From Thermomicrobiales bacterium (lineage in GTDB: Bacteria; Chloroflexota; Chloroflexia; Thermomicrobiales; UBA6265): DNA of 64,000 nt. The number at the start of each line of letters is the position of its first letter. Positions within the stretch are counted from its first letter, which is position 1. The notes under the pieces were generated by a model, which saw nothing but the letters and a program-made list of their open reading frames with translations, ran no database searches and was not told where the DNA came from. Position numbers and translations under genes: made by a program. The DNA lies in the NCBI GenBank assembly GCA_039809985.1, contig JBDHWC010000004.1, forward strand, positions 1,405 through 65,404, in the 5' to 3' direction. Positions 49,448 to 59,177 of this stretch are shown piece by piece.

Positions 49448-49567
49448 GGCACTCCCTCCGGCTGTTGGAGAAGCGTGCGCTCGCGGTCGGGCGCGCCTCG
49501 CATGGTACGCTCCGAACGGTGCCGGCATCCGGAACGCCGGTCTCTCGCCGAGACGGGGAGCCCCTGC

Positions 49568-49933
49568 GTGACCGATCAGTCGTCCGAGTTGCCCACGTTC
49601 ACGCTCCATCTGGCACCCGAGGAACGCTGGCTCGCTGTCCGGGTCGGGGACGACTACACGCCGGAACGATTCGCCGAGGAAGGCTTCATTCACACCACGC
49701 TCGGGGACGACGAGGTGCTGGCCGTCGGCAACCGCTACTACGCCGCCGACCCGCGCCCGCACGTGGTGCTGACGGTGGACGTCGCCCGGCTCGCCGCGCC
49801 GTGGCGGTTCGACGAGGCCGGACCGCTCTACCCGCACGTCTACGGCCCGCTCAACCGCGACGCGGTGGTCGGCATCCGCCGTGCTCGGCGGGACGGCGAC
49901 GGGCAATTCGTCGGCTTCGACCCCTACCCGTAG
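49568..49933 (+). CDS. DUF952 family protein
   Basis: It carries 'EEGFIHTTL', 'VVLTVDVARL' and 'YPHVYGPLNRDAV'. GTG 49568 is preferred over the track start. Confidence 0.75.
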   Translation: MTDQSSELPTFTLHLAPEERWLAVRVGDDYTPERFAEEGFIHTTLGDDEVLAVGNRYYAADPRPHVVLTVDVARLAAPWRFDEAGPLYPHVYGPLNRDAVVGIRRARRDGDGQFVGFDPYP

Positions 49934-50035
49934 ACCGGCCCCCTCGCGTGGTGCCGGGCCGATGTCGGCTCGGCGGCGTCGGCGACCGGGGTCCGGGGCA
50001 GCAGGGTCGTTGACGGCCACGGAGACAAGGCTCGC

Positions 50036-52270
50036 GTGTTCGCTTGGATCGGTCGGACGGCGTTTCGCTGGCGGTGGCTGGTGGTCGGCTGCTGGGCGGT
50101 GCTGCTGCTGTCCGCCCTGCCGGTGCTGCCACGGGTGCAAGAATCGCTGAAGGTCGGCGGCTTCTCGGCGTCCGGGACCGAGGCCGACCGCGCCAGCGAC
50201 GCGCTGGAGCGCGAACTCGGCTTCGCGCCGTCCACCATGCTCGTCGTCTTCCAGAGCGACCGTTACCCCGCCGACAGCCCGGAGTTCCAGCGGTTGGTCG
50301 GGACGGCGATGGCCCGCGTCGGCGATGCGCCGGGGGTCACCGGCGTCGTGCTGCCGTCGGCCGACCCATCCCTCGTCTCCGCCGACCGGTCGACCGCCTA
50401 CGCCATCGTCGGACTCGACCTGCCGCCGGAAGAGGCGCAACGGAGCGTGCCTGCGTTCGAGGCCGCCCTCAACCACCCGGACGGGCTGGAGATGCTCGTC
50501 GCCGGCGGCCCGGTCTTCTACCGCGACATCGAGGAGGTGAGCCAGAGCGACCTGCGGCGGGCGGAACTGGTGGCCTTCCCGTTCGCCCTCGTCGCGCTGC
50601 TGCTGGTCTTCGGGTCGGTGACGGCAGCGGGCATCCCGCTGGCGATCGGCGGGGCGGGGGTGACCGCGGTCCTGCTCACCATCTGGCTCCTGTCGACGCG
50701 GCTCGACCTCTCGATCTTCGTGCTCAACCTCGCGACGATGCTCGGGCTCGGGCTGGCCGTCGACTACTCGCTGTTCATGACCAGCCGGTTCCGGGAGGAA
50801 CTGCGCCAGACTCCCGGCGAGGTCGGCCGGGCAGTGGAACGAACCGTGGCGACCGCGGGCAAGGCGGTCTTCTTCTCGGGCACCACCGTCCTGATCGGCC
50901 TGTTGGGGCTGGCCTTCTTCTCCTTCATGTTCCTTCGCTCGGTCGGCATCGCCGGGGTGGTGGTGGTCGTCTGGTCGACACTGGCGGCGCTGACGTTGCT
51001 GCCGGCCGTGCTGGGGATCGTCGGGACGCGGATCGATCGCTTCTCGCTCCGCCACGGGCCTGCCAAGACGGACGGGGAGGCCGACGGCTTCTGGGCCGGC
51101 CTCTCGCACTGGGTGATGGCGCACCCCATCGGCGTGCTGGTGCCGACGCTCGCCCTGCTGGTGCTCTTCGGGCTGCCGTTCCGGGACGCCGTCATCTCCT
51201 CGCCCGACGCGACGATCCTGCCGCCCCACCTCCCGTCGCGGCAGGCGTTCGACCTGCTGGTCGACAAGTTCGGGGCCGGGGTGATCTCGCCCTTCTTCGT
51301 CGTGCTCGAGTCGCCGGGTGGCATCGGCCGCGACGAGAACCTCGCCGCGATCGACGACCTTTCCCGCCGTCTCGCCGCCGACCCGCTCGTCACCCGGGTG
51401 GAGAGCGTCACCCCGCCGAGCCTGCCGCGGCCGGCCGCGATCGCCGCGGCCCGCCTGCAACTGGCGCTGGGCCGCACCGGGGTCGCGGAGGGGGGCACCC
51501 GGCTGGCCAACGACCACACGGCGGTGATCGTCGCCTTCAGCCGGGCGCTGCCCGCCGACCCGCGCAACAAGGCACTCCTGCAGTCGCTGCGGGAGACGCC
51601 GCCGGGGGGCGACCTGACCCTCAGCGTCGGCGGCGGCACCGCCGCGATCGTCGACGACGTGGACGCCACCTACCGGGACCTGCCGCGGGCGGCGCTGACG
51701 ATCGTGGTGGCGACCTACGCGGTCTTGCTCCTCCTCTTCCGCTCGGTAGTGCTGCCGCTGAAGGCGATCCTGATGAACACGCTGTCGATCCTCGCCTCGT
51801 TCGGGGCGCTGGTCTGGGTGTTTCAGGAGGGGAACCTGAGCCACCTGCTCGGGTTCCAGCCACTGGGGTTCGTCGAGGCGTCGCTGCCGGTGATCATGTT
51901 CTGCGTGCTCTTCGGCCTCAGCATGGACTACGAGGTCTTCCTCCTCTCCCGGATTCGCGAGGAATGGGAGGCAAGCGGCGACAACACGCACGCGGTGGCC
52001 GTCGGCATGCAACGCAGCGGGCGGATCGTGACGAGCGCCGCCCTGCTGGTGGTGGTCGTCACCGGGTCGTTCGTCACCGCCGACGTGGTGCTGATCAAGC
52101 AACTCGGCTTCGGGATCGCGCTGGCGGTCCTGCTCGACGCGACCCTGATCCGGGCGCTGGTCGTGCCGGCGACGATGCGCCTGCTCGGCAGGTGGAACTG
52201 GTGGCTGCCGTCGCCATTGGCACGACTGCTCCCGGCACGGGCGTTGGCGGAGGAATCGACTCAACCATGA
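50036..52270 (+). CDS. MMPL-family (RND superfamily) membrane transporter
   Basis: The 744 aa ORF starts 'MFAWIGRTAFRWRWLVV'. It has two 6-TM bundles with 'GLGLAVDYSLFM' and 'GLSMDYEVFLLSRIRE'. Confidence 0.88.
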   Translation: MFAWIGRTAFRWRWLVVGCWAVLLLSALPVLPRVQESLKVGGFSASGTEADRASDALERELGFAPSTMLVVFQSDRYPADSPEFQRLVGTAMARVGDAPGVTGVVLPSADPSLVSADRSTAYAIVGLDLPPEEAQRSVPAFEAALNHPDGLEMLVAGGPVFYRDIEEVSQSDLRRAELVAFPFALVALLLVFGSVTAAGIPLAIGGAGVTAVLLTIWLLSTRLDLSIFVLNLATMLGLGLAVDYSLFMTSRFREELRQTPGEVGRAVERTVATAGKAVFFSGTTVLIGLLGLAFFSFMFLRSVGIAGVVVVVWSTLAALTLLPAVLGIVGTRIDRFSLRHGPAKTDGEADGFWAGLSHWVMAHPIGVLVPTLALLVLFGLPFRDAVISSPDATILPPHLPSRQAFDLLVDKFGAGVISPFFVVLESPGGIGRDENLAAIDDLSRRLAADPLVTRVESVTPPSLPRPAAIAAARLQLALGRTGVAEGGTRLANDHTAVIVAFSRALPADPRNKALLQSLRETPPGGDLTLSVGGGTAAIVDDVDATYRDLPRAALTIVVATYAVLLLLFRSVVLPLKAILMNTLSILASFGALVWVFQEGNLSHLLGFQPLGFVEASLPVIMFCVLFGLSMDYEVFLLSRIREEWEASGDNTHAVAVGMQRSGRIVTSAALLVVVVTGSFVTADVVLIKQLGFGIALAVLLDATLIRALVVPATMRLLGRWNWWLPSPLARLLPARALAEESTQP

Positions 52271-53385
52271 CGATGACACGACGCACGGCCGCAGCGCGGC
52301 TCCTCGCGGGCCTGACGGCCCCGGCGGCGACGCGCCTCGGCGCCGGAACGGTGCTCGGGCAGCAGGCGACGCCCGGTCCCGCGAACGTGGTCAAGGCGAA
52401 CGACGCCCCGGTGCCGATCGTCTTTCCGCGCGACGACGGCCCACACAACACGGCGATCGAGTGGTGGTACTACACCGGGCACCTGACCGCGGCCGACGGC
52501 CGCCTCTTCGGCTTCGAGAACGTGGTCTTCCGGGGTCGCTGGCAGGGCCAGGAAGGGGTCGCCGCCCACTTCGCCGTCACCGACAACGCCGCCGGCAGCT
52601 TCCACCACGCCGAGCGAATGCAGGGCATCCGCGGCGTCGTCGGCGACCGAGCGGCCCTCGACCTGACGATCGGCGACTGGGCGATGCTCGGCGAGGACGG
52701 CCGCGACCGGCTCCGCGCCAGCACGGACGGCTACGCGATCGACCTCGAGCTGACCAGCACCAAGCCCGCCGCGCTGCACGACGGAGACGGCTACATCGCC
52801 TACGGTGACGGCACGGCATCGTACTACTACTCGCGAACCCGGATGGGCGTGGCCGGTCGCCTCCGGGCCGGGGAGGAGAGCCTGCCGGTCACCGGAACGG
52901 CGTGGATGGACCACCAGTGGGGCGACTTCACCGTTTACAAGGACGGCGGCTGGGACTGGTACGCCCTGCAGCTCGACGACGGGCGCGACATCATGCTCTA
53001 CCTGATCCGGGACAAGGCGGGCAACGACCTGCTGGTCGACGGCTCCGTCGTGGCGCGGGACGGCACGCTGGCCTCGCTCGGCGTGGGCGACTTCAGCGTG
53101 ACACCGCACGGCACGTGGACCAGTCCCGCCACCGGCGTCCGGTACCCGGCGGGCTGGACGGTCGAGATTCCGTCCGAGCGGCTGCGGCTCGCGGTCGAGC
53201 CGACGATGCCGGACCAGGAACTCGACACCCGGCGTTCGACCGGGGTCATCTACTGGGAAGGCGAGGCCACGGTGAGCGGCATCGCCGACGGGCGGGAGGT
53301 CGACGGTCTCGCCTACGTCGAGCTGACCGGCTACGCCCCGTTCGAGCCGATCGACGTCCCGACGGCCGCCACTCCCGTCTCGTAG
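52267..53385 (+). CDS. Secreted CrtC/AttH-like lipocalin-fold protein (hydroxyneurosporene-synthase-like domain)
   Basis: It has the Tat-like signal 'RRTAAARLLAGLTAPAA' and the motifs 'FPRDDGPHNTAIEWWYYTGHL', 'YYYSRTRM' and 'GTAWMDHQWG'. Its ATG overlaps the MMPL stop as ATGA. Confidence 0.7.
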   Translation: MTMTRRTAAARLLAGLTAPAATRLGAGTVLGQQATPGPANVVKANDAPVPIVFPRDDGPHNTAIEWWYYTGHLTAADGRLFGFENVVFRGRWQGQEGVAAHFAVTDNAAGSFHHAERMQGIRGVVGDRAALDLTIGDWAMLGEDGRDRLRASTDGYAIDLELTSTKPAALHDGDGYIAYGDGTASYYYSRTRMGVAGRLRAGEESLPVTGTAWMDHQWGDFTVYKDGGWDWYALQLDDGRDIMLYLIRDKAGNDLLVDGSVVARDGTLASLGVGDFSVTPHGTWTSPATGVRYPAGWTVEIPSERLRLAVEPTMPDQELDTRRSTGVIYWEGEATVSGIADGREVDGLAYVELTGYAPFEPIDVPTAATPVS

Positions 53386-53407
53386 CGCGCCACACGGAGG
53401 CATTGCC

Positions 53408-54571
53408 ATGGTCCAGCGACCCGACGACGACCTCGCCCGGCTGATCCCCGGCCTCGACGTGCCGAAGGCGAAGCGCTACAGCCGCGCCAAGCTCGCGATG
53501 CTGCTGGTCTCGACTCTCTGGGGCGCGGCCCGCCTTGCGTGGTTTGGCCGGGGCCGATCGGCGGCGCTGCGCGACCGGATGGTCCGCCAAGTTCCGAATC
53601 GGAGGCTGGTCGACCCGTTGTTCATCGCGGCGTCGCTGCTGCTCGGCTGGCTGACGAGCCTGCCGCTCTCCTTTCTCGGCGGCCACGCGCTCGAGCGTCG
53701 GTTCGGGTTGACCAAGCAGACGGCGCGAGGCTGGGCGGGCGACCAGGCGAAGGGGCTCGGGGTCGAATTGGCGATCGGCGTCCCGTTGGCGAGCGGGGCC
53801 TACGCCGTGATCCGACGACGGCCTCGTGACTGGTGGCTGGTGCTCTCCGCACTGGCGGTGCCCTTCACCGTCGTGTTCAGCCTGCTCGCGCCGACCGTGC
53901 TGATGCCGCTTTTCAACCGGTTCGAGCCGATCGAGGACCCCGACCTCAGACACCGGGTCGACGACTTGGCCCAGCGGGCAGGGGTCAAGGTGCGCGGCGC
54001 CTACACAATGGACATGAGTCGCCAGACCGACAAGCCGAACGCGTTCTTCGCGGGGATCGGCCGAACCAAGCGGGTGGTCCTCAGCGACACGCTGCTCGAA
54101 CGGTTCGCGCCCGACGAGGTGGACGGCGTGGTCGCGCACGAACTGGGGCACCAGGCGAACGGCGACATCTGGCGGATGATGGCGGTCGGCAGCGGCATCG
54201 GGTTCGGCTCGGCGTGGCTGACGCAGCGGATCGGGACTTGGCTGGTGCGCCGTTCCGCCGCCGCGTCGGGGGTGGGGGAGGTCGGCGACGTCGCCAGCCT
54301 GCCGATGCTCGGGCTCGCCGGGATGCTGGTCGGCTTCGTCACCGCGCCGCTGACGGCGGCCTACAGTCGCCGCACCGAGCGGAGGACCGACCAGTTCGCG
54401 CTCGAGCTGACCGGGGACGGCGCGTCTTACGCCTCGGCCATGGGACGTCTGGCCAGTCTCAGCCTCGCCGACCCCGACCCGCCGAAGCCGGTGGTCCTGT
54501 TCCTCTACTCGCACCCGCCGATCGCGGAGCGAATCCGGGCGGCGCTCGCGTTCGGGAAGGGCAGCCATTGA
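53408..54571 (+). CDS. M48-family (Ste24/HtpX-like) zinc metalloprotease
   Basis: It has multiple TM segments, 'VVAHELGHQANGD' (HExxH) and a downstream 'ERRTDQFAL'. Confidence 0.85.
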   Translation: MVQRPDDDLARLIPGLDVPKAKRYSRAKLAMLLVSTLWGAARLAWFGRGRSAALRDRMVRQVPNRRLVDPLFIAASLLLGWLTSLPLSFLGGHALERRFGLTKQTARGWAGDQAKGLGVELAIGVPLASGAYAVIRRRPRDWWLVLSALAVPFTVVFSLLAPTVLMPLFNRFEPIEDPDLRHRVDDLAQRAGVKVRGAYTMDMSRQTDKPNAFFAGIGRTKRVVLSDTLLERFAPDEVDGVVAHELGHQANGDIWRMMAVGSGIGFGSAWLTQRIGTWLVRRSAAASGVGEVGDVASLPMLGLAGMLVGFVTAPLTAAYSRRTERRTDQFALELTGDGASYASAMGRLASLSLADPDPPKPVVLFLYSHPPIAERIRAALAFGKGSH

Positions 54572-54648
54572 ATGGGTCACTTTGGTCGGCCACCGGCATG
54601 GTACGATTCTAGAAGGCACATCGGCGGGCGATTGAGTAGGGGCACGGG

Positions 54649-55101
54649 ATGAGGCTGAGCACCTTGGTCGCGGCGGTCGCACTCGGGTTGTTGCTCGCGG
54701 TCGGGGGGATCGCCAGCGGGGCGCGAGCCGACGACGACGCGGACGCGTTGCTGCGCTACGTGGGCGGCATGGACGCGCTGAACAGCGTCTTCCAAGCCCA
54801 GAACCGCGAGTTCCAGGCGGACCTCGCGGGCGGTCGCTACGCCGAGGCGGCGGGCGACGCCCAGACCCTCAAGTTCCTGCACGAGGCGATCGGGGCGATG
54901 GACGCGCCGGACAGCCTGAAGCCAGCTCACGACGAGATGGTCAAGGGGTACGCGGAGATGGACACCGCCGCCGATCTGCTCTGGTCGGGCGTGGCGGCGG
55001 GTGACGCCACGATCATTGAGCAGGCGGCGGAGCACATGAAGACCGGGGCCGAGCATGTCAAGCGGGCGAACGACCTTCTCGCGACCGAGCTCGCGCCATA
55101 G
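54649..55101 (+). CDS. Hypothetical secreted helical protein
   Basis: The signal peptide is 'MRLSTLVAAVALGLLLAVGGIASGARA'. The body is Ala/Asp-rich and helical. I recognise no family. Confidence 0.55.
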   Translation: MRLSTLVAAVALGLLLAVGGIASGARADDDADALLRYVGGMDALNSVFQAQNREFQADLAGGRYAEAAGDAQTLKFLHEAIGAMDAPDSLKPAHDEMVKGYAEMDTAADLLWSGVAAGDATIIEQAAEHMKTGAEHVKRANDLLATELAP

Positions 55102-55224
55102 GGCACGGCGGCGGACGGGGCGGCAGCGTCGACACGCCGGACAGCCGCGACGGTCGGTTTGCGCTAAACTCTGCGTCCCGCTCTGGCTCGTGACGGTCGC
55201 GGGTGAACGGCGACGTCGGAGGGG

Positions 55225-55632
55225 ATGACCGACGGCCTGCTGTTTCCTGCCCGGGGGCGCGACCCGGCCCGGGCGACAGGCAACGACGCGTCCAGTCCCG
55301 ACGGGAAGGAGCGACTGGTGGGTGAGTTCGGCCTCTCCGGCGGCAATTTCGTGTGGCGGAGCGGACGCGCCGAGATCACCTTGTCGATGGCCGGGGAGTC
55401 GTTCTCCGTCGTCTACACCTCACCGGGCCGCCTGCTCGGACCGCGCCAGATTGTCTACGAGGCCAAGCACAAGGATCCGACCTTCGCGGCGTGGGACGTG
55501 ATGGCCCGCGTCGTGCTTGCCACCCGCGACGAGGACGAAGGCCTGCGGGCCGGCCGCTCGGCGGCGCAGTGGATTCGCGCCCACCGGCCGATCCCGCCGG
55601 CCGAGGGGGCGACCTCCCGGCGCAACCTCTAG
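55225..55632 (+). CDS. Hypothetical protein
   Basis: Third-position GC bias supports coding. A better ribosome-binding site (AAGGAG plus 6 nt) precedes the internal GTG at 55318, so the true start may be 55318. I recognise no motif. Confidence 0.5.
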   Translation: MTDGLLFPARGRDPARATGNDASSPDGKERLVGEFGLSGGNFVWRSGRAEITLSMAGESFSVVYTSPGRLLGPRQIVYEAKHKDPTFAAWDVMARVVLATRDEDEGLRAGRSAAQWIRAHRPIPPAEGATSRRNL

Positions 55633-55650
55633 TTTCAGGCGGAGTCGCGC

Positions 55651-56520
55651 GTGCCCGAGTTGCCCGAAGTCGAGACCATGCGCCGCATCGTCGAGCGCGA
55701 GCTGACCGGGCGCACACTGGCCGCCGTCGAGGTCCGGTTGCCGAAGCTGCTCCGCGACTCCCCTCTGCCGACGCTCGACCCGCTGGTCGGGCGACAGGTG
55801 GTCGGCGCGCGACGTCGGGCGAAGGTGCTGGTGGTCGACTGGTCCGGCGATCTCACCCTGCTGGCCCACATGAAGCTTGCCGGCCAGATCGCGGTGCTGA
55901 GGCCCGACGGGCAGCGGCACGTGGCCGGGCACCCGGTGCCGGACCCGACCGGGCCGTACCCGCACAAGTCGACCCACGCTATCTTCACCTTCGACGACGG
56001 CACCTTGCTCTACTACAGCGACATCCGCCAGTTCGGCTGGATGCGCCTGATGCCCTCGGCCGGCGTGGCGGACGCCCTCGACGGGTTCGGGTTCGGCCCG
56101 GAGGCGGTCGGCCCCGACCGGATTTCCGCTCCCGACCTGCGGGCGCGGCTCGGTCGACGGCGGGTGCCGGTCAAGGTCGCCCTGCTCGACCAGACGGTGC
56201 TGGCCGGGCTCGGCAACATCTACGTCGACGAGGCGCTGTTCCGGGCGCGGGTGCATCCCGGACAGCCCGCGAACACGCTGTCGGACGACGCCTTCGCCGC
56301 TCTCTACGAGGCGATCCCGTGGGCGCTGGAGGAGGGGATCGCCCAAGGCGGCGCGAAGATCGTCCACAACCGGGCCCACCCGGTGAACGAGTTCCCGGCG
56401 GTCCACGGTCGGGAGGGAGAGCCGTGCTTCCGCTGCGGCACCCCGATCGTCAAGATCCGGGTTGGCGGCCGGGGAACCTACTTCTGCCCAACCTGTCAGC
56501 CGCTGCCGCGCGCGGGCTAG
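55651..56520 (+). CDS. mutM: Formamidopyrimidine-DNA glycosylase
   Basis: It carries 'PELPEVET' (catalytic Pro2/Glu3), an H2TH region and the C-terminal zinc finger 'CFRCGTPIVKIRVGGRGTYFCPTCQ'. Confidence 0.92.
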   Translation: MPELPEVETMRRIVERELTGRTLAAVEVRLPKLLRDSPLPTLDPLVGRQVVGARRRAKVLVVDWSGDLTLLAHMKLAGQIAVLRPDGQRHVAGHPVPDPTGPYPHKSTHAIFTFDDGTLLYYSDIRQFGWMRLMPSAGVADALDGFGFGPEAVGPDRISAPDLRARLGRRRVPVKVALLDQTVLAGLGNIYVDEALFRARVHPGQPANTLSDDAFAALYEAIPWALEEGIAQGGAKIVHNRAHPVNEFPAVHGREGEPCFRCGTPIVKIRVGGRGTYFCPTCQPLPRAG

Positions 56521-57371
56521 GGGACGGCGGGCACCACCGCCGAGAGGGTCGGGCCGGCGTCGCCGAAGAGCCGCACGTCGGCGATGCCGTCGAGCGGCGT
56601 CTCCATCCGGTTGACGATCGCCACCTTCGCGCCGGCCCGCTTGGCGATCAGCGGCAACCGGGCCGCGGGCTGGACGACGAGCGAACTGCCGACCACGAGC
56701 ATCAGGTCGGCCTCGCGGGCGGCGGCGACCGCGCGATCGAGCGCGCCCGGTGGCAATGGCTCCCCGAAGAGGATCGTCGCCGTCCGCAGGATGCCGCCGC
56801 ATTCCGGGCAATCGGGCGGCAGTTCGCCCCGCTCCAGTCGCGCCTGCACCTCGGACCCGGACCACGACGTGCCACAGGCCACGCAACGAACGCGGTGAGC
56901 CGTGCCGTGCAGTTCGGTGACGCGGTCGGCGCGGTGGCCGGCGCGGAGGTGCAGCCCGTCGATGTTCTGGGTGACGACCGCGATCAGGCGACCTGACCGC
57001 TCGAGGTCGACGAGGGCTCGGTGGCCGGCGTTCGGCTCCCGGGCGGCCAAGTCCGGATACGTGCGGAGACGGTTCTCCCAGTAGCGCCGGCGGGTCTCGG
57101 GGTTGTCGAGGAAGTCGCCGATGGTGGGTGGCGCGTTCCGCTCCCAGACCCCGCCCGGGCCCCGGTAGTCGGGGATGCCCGACTCGGTGCTGATGCCGGC
57201 CCCGGTGAAGGCGACGATCCGTGGCGAGGCGGCGATCAGGTCGGCGAGAGCTCGCACCCGCTCGGGGGGGTCCTGGATCGCCGGGGCATGGGCTGGCGAG
57301 GTCGCGGGCGTGGCGGAATCGGACAAGTCGGGCGTGCTCCTCTGGCGGAATGGCCGGATGGATGATGCCAC
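56517..57371 (-). CDS. cobB: NAD-dependent protein deacylase (Sir2/CobB family)
   Basis: It carries 'FTGAGISTESGIPDYRG', 'TQNIDGLH', the zinc module 'CVACG...CPECGG' and 'GSSLVVQPAA'. Confidence 0.88.
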   Translation of the reverse strand: MASSIRPFRQRSTPDLSDSATPATSPAHAPAIQDPPERVRALADLIAASPRIVAFTGAGISTESGIPDYRGPGGVWERNAPPTIGDFLDNPETRRRYWENRLRTYPDLAAREPNAGHRALVDLERSGRLIAVVTQNIDGLHLRAGHRADRVTELHGTAHRVRCVACGTSWSGSEVQARLERGELPPDCPECGGILRTATILFGEPLPPGALDRAVAAAREADLMLVVGSSLVVQPAARLPLIAKRAGAKVAIVNRMETPLDGIADVRLFGDAGPTLSAVVPAVP

Positions 57372-57406
57372 GCGCCGACCATCGCTGCGAGGCTGGACGG
57401 CCCGGC

Positions 57407-57435
57407 TTGTGTACGTACACCCGTGGTGGTAGCAT
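57407..57435 (+). promoter_or_regulatory. Candidate promoter with a 12-bp perfect palindrome over the -35
   Basis: TTGTGT (57407-12) and TAGCAT (57430-35) are separated by 17 nt. The palindrome GTGTACGTACAC lies at 57409-57420. Confidence 0.35.
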
Positions 57436-57502
57436 CCCGACAGTGATTCCGGGGTGCGGCCGCAGGACGGCGCGGCATCGTTCTGCGGGGGAGGATCGGC
57501 GG

Positions 57503-57850
57503 ATGGCGAGCGACCCGGTCTGGGACGAGGCGGGACCGGTGCCGACCCCGCGTCTCTCGCCCGAGCAGCGGCGGGCGGAAGTGGCGCGGCTGCGGGCCGT
57601 GCTGCTGGCCCGCCAGCGCCGGTTTGCCGAGGCCCGCGAGGCGTTCGCGATGGCGCTCTCGCTCGACCCCGAGCTCGACCTGCAAACCGACCCGGCGTTC
57701 TGGAAGCTGGAACGGGGAGCCCACCTCGCTGCCGTCGAGGCGTGCCGGGACGCCGGGCGCGACCGCGACGCGGCGATCCTGAAGGCGAGGATCGACTACG
57801 TTTTCCGGCCGCGGCTGGTGGTCAGCCGACCGGTGGCCGGGGAGGCCTGA
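57503..57850 (+). CDS. Hypothetical small helical (TPR-like?) protein
   Basis: The ATG at 57503 follows GGGGGAGG. The sequence 'LLARQRRFAEAREAFAMALSLDPE' resembles a TPR repeat. Confidence 0.5.
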   Translation: MASDPVWDEAGPVPTPRLSPEQRRAEVARLRAVLLARQRRFAEAREAFAMALSLDPELDLQTDPAFWKLERGAHLAAVEACRDAGRDRDAAILKARIDYVFRPRLVVSRPVAGEA

Positions 57851-57853
57851 GCG

Positions 57854-58987
57854 TCAGGCGTCGCAGGAACGCGCCCTCGAACGCTGCCGGAAGGCGTCCG
57901 ACAGTTCGCCGAAGCGACGCCGGTTGAGCGAGTAGTACTTCAGGCCGCGTCGCGCGTTGACCTCGACCAGCGTCGCCCGTTCGAGTTGCGACATGTGCCG
58001 GCTCACCGCCGACTGGGCGATGCCGAGCCGACCGACGATCTCCTGCGCGTACAGTTCGCCCTCGGACAGCATGTCGAGGATGCGCAGGCGCGAAGGGTCG
58101 GCGAGGGCCCGCGCCACCTCGAGCAGCCCGTCGGTGGCGAGCGCGTCGGCGGCGGCGGGCGGGGGGGACTCCGGCTCCGGTTCCGGTTCCTCGCCCTCTC
58201 GCGCGAGGTAGGAGACCGCGTCGTAGTAGACGATCAGGTCGGGCGGGCGGCGGATGTAGCTGACGTACTCGCCGAGGTGCATCGCCGGGCAGAAGGTGAC
58301 CGTCCGCAGGTCGTCGATCTGGTCGAGCACGCCGTCCGGCGGGCAGTGGCCGGTCAGTTCCATGAAGGCGGAGACCGGGTTGCCGCGGGACGCGCTGCGG
58401 CCGATCCGGGCGGCGCTCTCGATCGTCGCGTTGGCCTCCGCCCGCATCTCGCGGAAGACCAGTTCCCAGATGTCGCTGAACAGGCGGATGGTGTGCGTCT
58501 TGAGCAGGGCCGGGTCGTCCAGCAGCGGCCGCACCTCGTCGAACGACGCGGTGGTCAGCCCCGGTTCGAGCAGGGCCCGCCACCCCTCCTCGTTGTCGGG
58601 GACCGCGACGTCGCTCTCCAGCCCGTGGTCGGCGCGGACGCGGCCGAGGGCGTGGACGACCATCGCGAGGTACTCCTCGGGCGGCAGCGCCTCGAGGAAG
58701 GCGAGCAGGTCGTCGAAGCCCGCGTTCCGGTGCTGGCGGGCGAGCGGCCCGAAGCGCATCACCGGCTCCTCGACGTAGTAGAGGAGTCGGCCGCTGAAGC
58801 CGTGCAGCAGGTCGAGGTTGGCGCGCACCTGCTTCGGCAGGGAGCGTCGCGCCTTGAGCAGCCACTGGTCGAGACCGCTGCCTGGCACCGCCCGGTACAG
58901 GAGGGAGAGAATCGAGACCATCCCGAGCGGCAGCGAGGCCGTGGTGGTGATCCGGAGTGCCGGGGTGCCCTGAATCAGTTCGCCCAT
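57854..58987 (-). CDS. ArsR-family transcriptional regulator with a large N-terminal domain
   Basis: The C-terminal wHTH is 'LADPSRLRILDMLSEGELYAQEIVGRLGIAQSAVSRHMSQL'. The start is ATG 58987. Confidence 0.75.
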   Translation of the reverse strand: MGELIQGTPALRITTTASLPLGMVSILSLLYRAVPGSGLDQWLLKARRSLPKQVRANLDLLHGFSGRLLYYVEEPVMRFGPLARQHRNAGFDDLLAFLEALPPEEYLAMVVHALGRVRADHGLESDVAVPDNEEGWRALLEPGLTTASFDEVRPLLDDPALLKTHTIRLFSDIWELVFREMRAEANATIESAARIGRSASRGNPVSAFMELTGHCPPDGVLDQIDDLRTVTFCPAMHLGEYVSYIRRPPDLIVYYDAVSYLAREGEEPEPEPESPPPAAADALATDGLLEVARALADPSRLRILDMLSEGELYAQEIVGRLGIAQSAVSRHMSQLERATLVEVNARRGLKYYSLNRRRFGELSDAFRQRSRARSCDA

Positions 58988-59177
58988 TCGTCCTTCGCCA
59001 AGGGTGTGCGCGCCGCGGGTCGTGCCCCTTTTATAGCCCGAGCCGCGGCTTCGTGTCCCCACGCGGAGCGACGACCGGCGTCGGCTCGGCGTTCGCGGGA
59101 TAATGCCGGTCCCGGGCGGCAGTCGCGCCGCCGGCGTTGCCGAGAGCGTCCGCGGTGGCGGACCGAGGGCGAAGCGC

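Noticed and set aside
56517-57371. The Sir2-family gene as part of a Sir2-HerA type defence system, given herA in the same window.
   Set aside because: It lies 35 kb from herA, sits convergent with mutM, and has the complete CobB-type deacylase signature and zinc module. It looks like the housekeeping protein deacylase.
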